From assembly GCA_951406725.2 (NCBI GenBank), contig OX597838.1:28644001-28708000 (forward strand): DNA of 64,000 bases, read 5' to 3'. This document shows positions 52,774 through 64,000 of the stretch, piece after piece. The notes beneath the pieces were generated by a model. It ran no database searches, had not been told where the DNA came from, and saw nothing but the letters and a program-made list of their open reading frames with translations. Made by a program: the position numbers and the translations under genes. This DNA is from Octopus vulgaris (lineage: Eukaryota). Every line of letters starts with the position of its first letter. Position 1 is the stretch's first letter.

Positions 52774-55019
52774 CTTAGCAGTTCAGCAAAGGAGACCAAT
52801 AGAATAAGTACTAAGTTTACAAAGAATAAGTCCTGGGGTTGATTTCTATGACTAAAAACCCCTTAAAGGCAGTGATCCAGCATGGCCACAAACGACTGAA
52901 ACAAGTAAAACAATAAAAGAATATATATACATATATATACACACACATACATGATTGGCTTCTTTCAGTTTCTCTCTACCAAATCCACTCACAAGGCTTT
53001 GGTTGGCCCAAGACTGTAATGAAGGACTCTTGCCCGAGGTGCCATACAGTGGAACTGAACCTAAAATCATGTGGTTGAGAAGCAAACTTCTCAACTGCAT
53101 GACTACACCTGCATCTCAGTGGATATAAACTGTAAAGTCATCAGCTGATAGGCTAACATGATATCAGCTCCTGCTGATGGGGGTGCTTCTGTGTGGTAGC
53201 TCAATGTACTTGCTAGTAATAGCAGCTAAATCTTTCTCAAATCTTTAATAGAAGGAGGACATGAAGTGGCAAGCTGGCAGGATCGTTAGCATGCTGGGCC
53301 AAATGTTTAGTGGCATTTTGTTCGTCTTTACGTTCTGAGTTCAAATTCCACTGAGGTCGACTTTGCCTTTCAAACTTTCGGGCCCAACAAAATAAGTACC
53401 AGTTGTGCACCGGGGTTGAATTAATCAACTTACCCGTGTCCCCTGAAATTTCTGGCCTTGTACCCAATTTGAAACTGATAACTAGAGGACTTGTAGGATA
53501 TTATAACCTAAAATAAACTGTGTTTAAAAAAGATTGGACTGGATGGTCATAGTTAGAATGTGGGGCTGATAAAATGAGTACCAGTTGAGCACTGGGGTTG
53601 AATTAATCAACTTAACTGAGTCCCCTGAAATTGCTGGCCTTGTGCCCAAATTTGAAACCAATAACAGGACATGTGGGATATTATAATTTGAAATTGTGTT
53701 TAAAAAAGATTGGACTGGATGGTCATAGTTAGAATCATCATCATCATCATCATCGTTTAACGTCCATTTTCCGCGCTAGCACGGGTTGGACGGTTCGACC
53801 AGAGTCTGGGAAGCCAGGGCTGCACCAGGCTCCAGTCTGATCTGGCAGTGTTTCTACAGCTGGATGCCCTTCCTAACGCCAACCACTCCGCGAGTGTAGT
53901 GGGTGCTTTTTACGTGCCACCTGCACAGGTGCCGGGGGGGGGGGGGGGGCTGGCATCGGCCACGATCGGTTGGTGCTTTTAACGTGCCACCGGCACGGAA
54001 GCCAGCCAAGGCGGTGCTGGCATCGGCCACGTTCGGATGGTGTCTTCAATAATTGGTCTACTCAACCAGGGCCAAGATGAAATGAAACACCACCACCATG
54101 TTAACGACTCTTCCTCCTACTCTCAACTTAAGACGCAATATGGTTGCTATGTTATTTATATATGAAGCAGATGCTTTCAGAGATTTTCCTCAAATTTCAC
54201 TTGTATCCGTGAAGGCAGTATTATTTATTTACAAACATCTTTAACGATAAAGCTTTTCCAATTTTTTTTTTTTTTTCTCATCTTATCTATCTTTCGTTTC
54301 TTCTCTTGTTTGGAAATCCTTCAAGGAAATACATCCTTTGATTCTCTTCTTCCTTTGTCCGACGACGTACTGCGAACGATGTTAGAGACGGATAAAGTTA
54401 CTCGTTTCATCCGTTAGAAAAATGTTTCTCAATGTTTGCCAGACCAAGTCGTACATCATATCGGGCTGCTTGCTTTGCGGCTGGCACAACCCTGCCTCAG
54501 CATTGATGTGGTATTTTCTAGGTTGAAGATGATGTCTTCTCACAGCAGTTTGGATAAAAGGCAAGAAGGAAAGAAAGAAAAAAGAAGGAATGAAAACAAA
54601 CATTGGTTGGTTGGTGTAAATGAAACCTCAAAAATGTTTACTTACCATAAGCTTTGTTGTTTTCCTTCTTTCTTTTTTCTCTTCTTGGTAATAATCCAAA
54701 TAATTGTCTTCGCCCTGACTCTTCAATGTTTGTTATTTCTGTAAGTAGAAAATGGTATGGAATCTCAACTAAGGAAAAAAAAAAAAAAGTAAGTAAATAA
54801 GTAAAACAATCACTTGTGGAGTTGCAAAACTGAACTTCTTCATGATCTGGTGCCAGTTTGAGATGATAGGAGCTTGTTTATTAGAGTTTATTGTATGTAA
54901 AATGTGTGTGTGTGTGTGTGTGTGTGCATGTATCAGTGTCAAACATGTAAGATTTGCTATCTTATTTCATCCCAGATATTTCAAGTTGTTTCCATCCACT
55001 TGCAAACCCACCTTCATTC

Positions 55020-55790
55020 ACTTCCTCCTAAACATGCTCTATCCCCCCTCCTAAATATGCTCTATTCCCTCTCCTAAACATGCTATATGCCCCCCCTCCT
55101 AAACATGCTTTATCCCCCCTCCTAAACATACTCTATCCCCCCCTCCCAAAATGCTCTATCCTCCCTCCTAAACATGCTCTATCCCCCCTCCTAAACATGC
55201 TATATCCCCCCTCCTAAACATGCTATATCCCCCCTCCTAAACATGCTCTATCCCCCTTCCTAAACATGCTCTATCCCCCCTCCTAAAAATGCTCTACCCC
55301 CTTTCTAAACATGCTCTATCCCCCCTCCTAAACATGCTCTATCCCCCCTCCTAAACATGCTCTATCTCCCCTCCTAAACATGCTCTATCCCCCTTCCTGA
55401 ACATGCTCTATTGCCCCCCCCCTCCTAAACATGCTCTATTCCCCCTCCTAAACATGCTCTATCCCTCCTCATAAACATGCTCTATCCTCCCTCCTAAACA
55501 TGCTCTATCCCCCTTCCTAAACATGCTCTATCCCCCCTCCTAAACATGCTCTATCCCCCCTCCTAAACATGCTCTATCCTCCCTCCTAAACATGCTCTAT
55601 CCTCCCTCCTAAACATGCTCTACCCCCCCTCCTAAACATGCTCTATCCCCCCTCCTAAACATGCTCTATCCTCCCTCCTAAACATGCTCTATCCCCCCTC
55701 CTAAACATGCTCTATCCCCCCTCCTAAACATACTCTATCCCCCCTCCTAAAATGCTCTATCCCCCCCTCTTAAACATGCTCTGTCCCCTG
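55020..55790. repeat. ~22-bp C-rich minisatellite, roughly 35 copies
   Basis: Unit CTCCTAAACATGCTCTATCCCC with variable C-run length. Confidence 0.95.
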
Positions 55791-57761
55791 AGTTGGACTG
55801 AATCTGGCACCTTGTATTTCGGAAGCCAACTCCTCCCTGCCACACCTGTGCCTATAGATTGACCATATTTGCAAATTTATTTATTTCCATTTGTTTTAGC
55901 TTTAGTAATTTGAATTTCTCTCTGTTGTTTGCAGTAATGTCTGCAAAAATAAATAGCTTCATAGTCGTCAGTGTTCTTTCACTGGAGAATATTCGTTCCT
56001 TCTGAGAAATCAAGAATCCCTATGGCTTTTAGAATTGTAAAAATATCTCTAGTGATATTCATTGTTTTTACTAAGAGCTCTTGCATCATAACTGACATGT
56101 CTTCTTCAACTGGGAATCGGTTAATAATGAAAATATTCAAACAGAAGTACTATGAAAGTGTTTGCATTCTGCGTTATGTATTTTGTATGCTTCCATATAA
56201 AAGGTTGGTATAGGCACGTGGCTTAGTGGTTAGGGTTTTGGATTCATGATCTTAAGATTATGGTTTCAATTCCTGGGACAAGTGATGCATTGTGTTCTGA
56301 GCAGAACACTTTATTTCACATTGCTCCAGTCCACTCAGCCGACAAAAATGGGTAATTCTGAAATGGACTAGTGTCCCATCCAGGGGTAATAAATGCACCA
56401 CAAAAATCAGGAAACTGGCCCTATGAGTCTGTATGACACGGTAAGGATCTTTATCCTATTTATAAAAGGTGGATGGCAGTAACAGGATATTGTACCAACA
56501 GGATTTATGTCAGTATGAAGTAATCTGAAAAAGAAATTGATAGTTTTTTTTGTACTGTAAATAGATATACTCATCATCATCATCATCATCATCAAACGTC
56601 TGTTGTCCATGCTGGCATGGGTTGAACAGTTTGACCAGGGCTGGTAAGCTGAAAGGCTGCACCAGACTCCAGTCTGATTTGGCATGGTTTTTATGGCTGG
56701 ATGCCCTTCCTAACGCCAACCACTCCGAGAGTGTAATGGGTGCTTTTGTGTGCCACCAGCATGGGTGTCAGCTGTGTGACACCAGTAGCTGCCATGACTA
56801 ACATTTCACTTGGCTTGATGGGTCTCCTTCTTAAGCACAGCATATTGCCAAAGGTCTCAGTATGGTATACACATAATACCTATATAATTTCATCATCATC
56901 GTCATTTAACATCCACCTTCCATGCTGGCAGGGTTGGGACAGTTTGACAGGAGCCAGCCAGAAAGAAGCCTGCACTGGACTTCTGTGACTGTTTTGGCAG
57001 GATTTTTATACATACTGTCCATATCTCCAACCAATCACATACAGCTAGCTGGCATTCAATTGGCCTATCAAGTTTCAGGCATTTTGATTGAGTTTTGGAT
57101 AGAAAATTCACAAAAAAGTCACATCTATTGATTTTTTAATGGCTTTGTGAGGTGACTGGGGAAATGTAAAGATGTGGAATGACCATGAAAAATTGTGGAT
57201 TTGTATAAAGGACACACACACAGGCAGATATTATATATAGAGAGATAAAGTAATATTACATATTGGGTGTATTGTGTGTATATATGTGTATATTTACAAA
57301 CATACTAATATGTTTATAATAAGAGAAGAGGGGAGAGAGAGAGATGCTTTCTAAAACAATGACTAAATCAAAGTTTACATCTGGAATTGTAATTAAACTT
57401 CAACAGGCTAACCACATCAATACATTACATTTTGAAAAGAAGTCTCTCTCTCTCTCTCTCTCTTCCCTCTCTTTTCCTGTTTTTTTTTTCTTTCTCTCTT
57501 TAAAAGCCAAAATTGACATCTTGCTTGAAATGTCATTAAGATCAGCCACCTGTAAAAAAAAACTACTAACCACAGACAATCCCTAAAAGGCCATCTCACA
57601 GACTAAAAAGAAAAAAAGAGACCTTTCTCTCTTTCTTCCTCCTTTTTTCTTACTGCTTTCTTTCATATAAGTGAAAAATACATCAAATACTAAAAAACGA
57701 GAAGGACCCTAATTCTTCATCAGTTATCAATGGAAATACCAGTACAGTTTCATGCCTTTAA

Positions 57762-57981
57762 CCCTTTCATTACTGTATTTATTTTGAGATGCTCTGTTTT
57801 TCTTTCAATTATTTTAAATATAACAAAGAATTTAGTAAAATAATTTAATTATCATTAAGCGAGTGTTAGGAACATAAATTGCAACTAAGGTTTGCTGGAA
57901 GATTTTAATGAAAAACTTATGGAAACAAGACATGTGTACTCAGAGCCAGAGCCGGTTTTGACCGGGTTGGTAACAAAAGGG
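57762..57981. mobile_element. piggyBac-type MITE
   Basis: TTAA-CCCTTTCATTAC...GTAACAAAAGGG-TTAA. Confidence 0.8.
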
Positions 57982-58254
57982 TTAATGATAAGACTGAGAT
58001 CTTCGCATATTGGCAGAACCTGCAAAATTTGCAGAGAATTAAGGCTTGAGCAAGCAAACGGTACAGAGTGGACATAACGAAAGTGAACAAGTGTAATTTG
58101 AAACAATTGATGAAGACGGAATACTTATGGCCTTTCGGCCAAAAAACGGGGAAGATGGGTAATGCCTGGAAGAAATCCTGAATGAATATAAAAAGAGAAA
58201 TAGCAAGAGAAGAGATAGATGTTAACCAGCGTCCGGTTGGATAGAACATGTTTA

Positions 58255-58510
58255 GGCCTCGGTCATTAGTCATTGCCTCTATGAAGCCCAAGGTTCAAAG
58301 ATCATGCTTCACCACCTCGCCCCATGTCTTCCTGGATCTACCTCTATCACAGGTTCCTTCCACAGTTAGAGATCAGTATTTCTTTACACAGTTATCCTCA
58401 TCCATACACATCACATGACCATACCAGCGCAGTTGTCTCCCTTGCACAGCACATCTGATGCCTCTTATGACCAACTTTTCTCTCAAGATGCTTACACTCT
58501 GTGGAACATA
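58255..58510 (-). mobile_element. RTE-clade LINE 3' fragment
   Basis: SILREKLVIRGIRCAVQGRQLRWYGHVMCMDEDNCVKK followed by RGRSRKTW-like sequence, the classic RTE RLRWxGHVxR motif. Confidence 0.8.
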
Positions 58511-58685
58511 CACACTAATCGTGATCGGTTTGACAGCCAGACTCCAGCTGTCTGTTGAGGCATGGTTTCTATGGCTCAGTGCCCTTCCTAATGTGAACCA
58601 CTTAACAGAGTGTGCTGGGTGCTTTTTATGTGCCACCAGCACAGGTGCATTTACGCAGTAGTGGCACCAGCACCTGAAAAGACCT

Positions 58686-58728
<43 letters not shown>

Positions 58729-59984
58729 TATATACATATATATATCATCATCATCATCCAGTGTTTTAAATCTGGGTTTTGTCTCCGTTAATGGGGGTGG
58801 CCGGATCTACCTCAATGCTATAGCAACCGAAGTAGGCAGCTACAGCCCACCCCTGTCTTTGGACTGGCTGGTGCCCATTCTCCTTTGCTATCATGAGGCT
58901 TTTTTGGGGCTGGATTTACTACAGAGAGCATACCCTTGTTTACTCCCAACCTCAGTTCCTAGACATGAGTGGTCCCAATACCAAGGCGTCTACCACAATT
59001 TTTAAGAAATGTGGTGAGAAGCTAGCTCAGGAAGGCAGGGACACTACTCCCTGAGACCCCTTTCAGAGCCTCCCCCCACCTTCCCAGGTGGGGTCTCCAA
59101 CATCTGTACTCTACTCTTGCTGCATGTGCTGTTGGTTAATGTCTCAACCATTATGTAATCCTGGCTGTTGTTTGCCAAAACAATCATATATTTTACAGAA
59201 CAAAAAATATTATTTATGTTTTCTGTACCCTGTTAATAATGTGTGTGTGTGTGGAAATGAATTCATGTTTTTATTTTTGTTATTTTTTTTTTAATCTTTT
59301 GCAGGAAATCTATTTTGGTTCAAAACAAGAGCAGAAATAGGTATTTTACTGAAGAAATATAGATTGAAGTAAAGAACAGGAAAAATACCTCCAATACTTG
59401 ATCACAAGACCTGAAGTTGTAAAGGAATTAAATTGTTTTTCTTTTGAACCAAAGAAGAAAGTGCTGCAACATATTCCAGAAAAATCATCTTCAAATTCCA
59501 AGAACGCATTCACTTTTATCTAAAGAATTAAAAACAAAAACAAAAAGGGAGAGAAATAAAAACACACACACACACACACAAAAAAAAAAAGAAAGTGATA
59601 GATATTGTAATCAAAAATTAAAAAAAAGAAAAGAAATCCAAACACTGAAATCAGCATTTTTTTCATTATTTTGGCTATCTTATGCAAAAAACATTCAAGT
59701 TTTTTTTTTTTTTGTTTTTTATTTTCTGAAGCCATATCAAAAAGTCTCCGTTTCATCTCAGTCAGTTGACATCAGGAACTGTGATCTGACTCGAATTATA
59801 ATAATTAAGAAAAGAATTTCAATTTTATCTACTCTAATGAATTTTTGGTTCACGTTTGATGCATAACGAAATATCGGTAACACAGTTCCTCAATGTTATC
59901 GAATGAGTTTTAAGCCCCTAACCATGCACCAGCCATTCATCCATCACTCCCCACCATCGTCTATTCCAAAGTAACATGTTGTAT

Positions 59985-60033
59985 CATCCCCTTTTTTTGT
60001 CTCCATCTTTCTCTTTTTTTGCTAGAGTTTCAG
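59985..60033 (+). promoter_or_regulatory. Candidate splice acceptor for the large coding exon
   Basis: Long pyrimidine tract ending ...ttttttgctAG (60025), with an alternative cAG at 60033. A second candidate acceptor, ttttaatcttttgcAG, ends at 59304. Confidence 0.45.
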
Positions 60034-60218
60034 GGACTTCTGTTCCCCCCATTCGACCATCAAGCTGAGTTTGCATGCTTGTATCATAGAAACTATGTAT
60101 TTTATAAATACACCGTCTAGTTATGTGAAATGACTACCTCTTCCAATATTAATAGTAATAATAATAATAATGATAATGATGTTTTTTCTGTGAGTTGAAA
60201 AATATTAAATCCAATGAA

Positions 60219-61872
60219 ATGTTAAAAAAGAAAGCTGTCGAGAAATATAGGCAGCAGGAGTTTTCTCCACTGCATGACTATGCGGAAGAGAACGAGCCAG
60301 TTAAGATACACAATAATAGTAATAGTTTCTTGTCGGAGAACAACTCGGCCGAGAAGCTAACGTTGGCTAAGAGTAAGAACAAAGAGTCTCCGTCAGGTGA
60401 ACCAGGGTTCACCACCATGGCAACGGATGACTTTACCAGTGGGAGACATTACAAAACTTTTCATATTACTGGCGTGAAGGTCTCAGAAACGGCTTGCGGC
60501 ACAATCGATCCCGTTGGAAGGGACGGCTGCAACAGTTTGCAAGATTCCAACATTGATGATTTTAGAATCGGTGGAACCGATCAGGAAGATCCTGAGATGC
60601 TGGAGAATCAAGATAACGGTAGTCAGTTTTCTCTTGCCACTACCGCTGCAGCTACTGATGACAAAGATGATGATGATAATGATGAGGATGTGGATGTGGA
60701 GGAGGAAGAGGACGATGATGGGGATTCCGACATTGACGTCGTTACGACCCCGTCGTCACCAAATCGTTTACAGGAATCGTCAGCTACTGTAAAACTTTCA
60801 GGAGTCAGAAGCATTTCCGATTTTGTTTCTTCTGCAAAGACTAACGACATCTCTACTGATTTTGGGGACACGTCTCCAACACATTCGGAAAGTGCAGAAA
60901 GTTCTGAAGTTCTACCTGGCTTGACAATAACCTCGGCTTTTTCGCTCAGTGCTGACATGTGGGATGACGAAAACGACACGAAAGAGGAAGACACGGAAGA
61001 TGGTACTTACGCAGATTTTATAAAGGTCAGAGTCAACGAAGACTACGATGCCACTGATTACGCCCCTTGGCGCGAATTGGATTCTGACCCTAAATCCAGT
61101 GTTAGCCATCTAGAAAATGAATCACCACACTTTGAACCAGGTCTAGAGGAAAATGTTCCTGATCTCTCAGTGGTGAAGCAAGAAAATGAAGATCTTTTTT
61201 CGTGCCTGCATTGCCCCACAATCCTTACTGACCAGTTCTCCTATGAGCAGCATATCCAGTCGCACACAACCGCTCCTCGGTCAAAGGTTTACTTACATCA
61301 ATGCTCTGTACCAAATTGTGATTTCGGCACCAACATAATCCGAGAGTTTCGAGCACACTACTCGGAGAATCACGACAATTTATCGTCCTACCAATGCCGC
61401 TGGTGCCAGACATATCTGAACTCTCTTGGAGCATTCCTTGACCATATCGGAGATAACTTTGTTGTGCCCTGGGTGAAGTGCCCTCATTGCCATCTGAAAG
61501 AGAAAAGCAAAACCGAAATCCTTCGACACATTTCCACAGAGCACCCTGGAGAGTCTCAACGGGTGATCGCGGGTAGCATGATTCTTTGCCGAAGCAAAGC
61601 AGAAGCCACTGTGTCATCATTATCATCATCAACATTATCATTACCGCCTCAAGAGAAAGACCACCAAATGACGGCCGCCTATGTCAGCCTGCTGAATAAG
61701 CAGAAATTCGTTTTGAATAATAACGAAACTATCAATAGTAATGGTAATAGTAGTAATAGCAATAATGATGATAATAATAATATTAACATTACTACCATTA
61801 CTACTATTACTAAAAAAAAGAGCAAAAAAAGGAAAGCCACCACCATCGCTACCACCAATAATATTAATAGTA

Positions 61873-61915
<43 letters not shown>

Positions 61916-64000
61916 CATTGGTGACAGTGAAGTTGAAGACGATGATATTGATGTTGAAACCCTTAGCAGTAGTAGTGTTGAAAATTTAAAAGATATTGTT
62001 AGAAGTAATACTATTACTGTTGATAGATTTATTAGTAACAGCAAGAGGATTGATAAGATTATGAACGGCAACAACTTTGATAGTAATAGGAACAATAGCA
62101 GTTACAATGCGGACGACGATGAAAGCCTCAACTTCAACAATAACGATTCTAGTAATGTGTCGAGTAATTACACTATAAGCCGCTGGTACAATTGTCCAGA
62201 CTGCATTTTCAGTACGACCAAGGCGCAATTGTTCCTCGCACACATGAAGATTTGCTTCCCCTTGAAAACTATGGTGAATCCCAAGGAGGTGAAATTTGAG
62301 TGCAAGGAGTGCACGTTTGCAACAAGCAGCAAAAAGGGGTTTTTGAATCATTGTCATGTAAAGGAAGCGTTGAAAAATGTTCCGAAACAGCCATACGGAA
62401 AGCATTTGCCCATAAGCAATCTTGACTTACCAAGCAAAAAGATCATGCCAGACAAGAAAAAAATTGTGGGTGTGAGAGGTAAAAAAAATCGCAGCACTCT
62501 TCGGCCTTCTGTTTATAATATTGTGGATGACAAGTACAAATTCATGTGTCCATACTGCTCTGAGAGCTTTGAAAAGATAAATTCTATGAAAATCCACATT
62601 TTTCGTAGTCATCGAGAGCATTACAACAAACCAATCTCGTTGCATCAGTGTCTGTCGTGCCACATGAAATCATCATCTCAGCTTGTTGTTCGGCAACACA
62701 TTGAACGCACACATTTCGGTCGCAAGTCTGGCATCCTTCTTATAGACGAGCCTTCTGAAATCATATCCAGAAAATTCCGGGTGCAGCAAGACAATAATAA
62801 GAAACTGATCCAGACAATTGAGCCAATAGAAAAATTGGACAGCGATGCGGTCAAGAAGGTGTCCTCGGAACGCTGTAGTAGTTGGGGCCGGTCGCAACAA
62901 GCTAACAACGAACCCTTCAAACAGAAAGATGTGCCAGCTGAAAGTAAAAGCCCTGAGGTAATCCCTGAAAAGCCATCTACGGAGCAGCGTGTCTCAGATC
63001 CTGAAGAATCTGGTGCCTCAAAGAAAGAAGAACTGAAAACTGAAACACCTAACAAAGTGCAGGAAATGGAAATTATAAAGTTTGGCGTCGGGGACCATTT
63101 CACTGAATACATCCACTGCCCTCGGTGTCCCTATCAATCTCAGAGCGTAATGGGTTTCTATGGACACATCAAACGGCATGAAAACATGGTTGTTTGTATA
63201 AATACGAGACGGAAATACGAATTTCACAAACCTAAATATGACAAATATTCAGAAACAGCTGCCAGTGGCAACACCAACTCTGCTGAAGACGTGCCCAAAA
63301 CTTCAGATTCTGATTCAGTACCAGTAATTAATTCCGAGACTGAACTACCAGCTGCTATAAATGCAGATACGTTGGTTAATTTGACCAACGAAAATTCCGA
63401 GAAAACAGCAGAAAGTCCCGATGAAATTTCCGTGAACGAAATTCCTGAATCTGATGGCAAAGATGCATCAGCTCTTATGCAATACCCTGTTGAATCTGAG
63501 ACAGTTATCATGAATAAACAATCAGAAAGTGATGTCGATAAAGAAGAATATTCCAAATTGGGTGGCCCCGTTTTAACCTCTAAATTGTCCCAACTCTACA
63601 CTGTCAGAGGAATGCTTCAGGAATGCAACCTCTGCGATTATTCCTCCGATTTTCCGTCTTATATGCATCGGCATCTGCTTTCTAATCATCTCAATGTCCA
63701 CTTCTGGCGATGCGGCTACTGTTTCTATCGCCATTTACAGCAGTGTAAGATCCTGAGGCACTGCATAAAGCATCACGCCAGCTGTGAGCCATATGCCAAG
63801 TGGCTTGGCATTCCAGACTGGGAAAAGAAAATAAATATTTGTCTTGCCAACAAAAACCACAAGGCTCAAAACACATCGGAAGCAAAATCTCCAAAGATGC
63901 CCCTCTCTCCTACGGCCACTTCCCAGTCTTCTACGGGTGAAGAGAAAATACCTCCTTTGTCACCAAAATTGAAAGAAGGCAATATTAAAGTTCCAAGTGA
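60219..64000 (+). CDS. Large multi-zinc-finger (C2H2/C2HC) protein, single long coding exon, 3'-partial
   Basis: Manual translation from ATG 60219 (MLKKKAVEKYRQQEFSPLHDY...) has no stop to the window end. About 11 fingers: CLHC..HIQSH (61203-61265), CSVPNC..HYSENH, CRWC..H (degenerate), CPHC..HISTEH, CPDC..HMKIC, CKEC..HCH (degenerate), CPYC..HIFRSH, CLSC..HIERTH, CPRC..HIKRH, CNLC..HLLSNH, CGYC..HCIKHH (~63776). Also acidic tracts, poly-Asn and a basic NLS-like KKKSKKRK (~61812-61835). The start codon is uncertain (see findings). Confidence 0.93.

Noticed and set aside
55020-55790. CRISPR-like appearance of the regular 22-bp repeats
   Set aside because: There are no unique spacers and no cas genes, and the context is eukaryotic. 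It is a plain minisatellite.
549-59866. The many 60-150 aa ORFs in the supplied track
   Set aside because: They translate SINEs, microsatellites (YIYI, CVCV, HHHH, DDDD) or AT-rich noise. The same peptides recur at each SINE copy.
60514-63894. Alternative-frame and antisense ORFs over the zinc-finger exon
   Set aside because: They are shadows of the long real frame; the Leu/Ile/Ser runs mirror AAT/GAT codon repeats.

Overview
AT-rich, microsatellite- and SINE-saturated eukaryotic DNA. The SINE and MITE repertoire looks like octopus (coleoid cephalopod); this is an inference from repeat types. The only convincing gene is missing from the supplied ORF track because it has no stop in the window: a + strand reading frame from 60219 to the window end (>1260 codons). 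It encodes an acidic/Asn-rich protein with about 11 dispersed C2H2/C2HC zinc fingers. A CpG-rich, SINE-free island at ~7.2-10 kb (ETS, C/EBP and YY1 motifs, a GTAAGT donor) is a probable promoter, which would make most of the window a ~52 kb 5' intron. That region holds several SINE families, RTE and R4/Dong LINE relics, and Tc1/mariner, pogo, hAT, piggyBac, Mutator-like and Helentron-like non-autonomous elements. It also has minisatellites and a three-level nested insertion. The most unusual signal is about a dozen minimal type I hammerhead-ribozyme-like motifs (CUGANGA...GAAAC-palindrome-GUH), the form known from Penelope-like elements. They sit in short non-coding elements, often inside (TA)n tracts and next to fold-back palindromes. 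Many share an extra purine after CUGANGA, and one forms the tail of a tRNA-headed SINE. Nearly all ORFs in the supplied track are repeat-derived noise.
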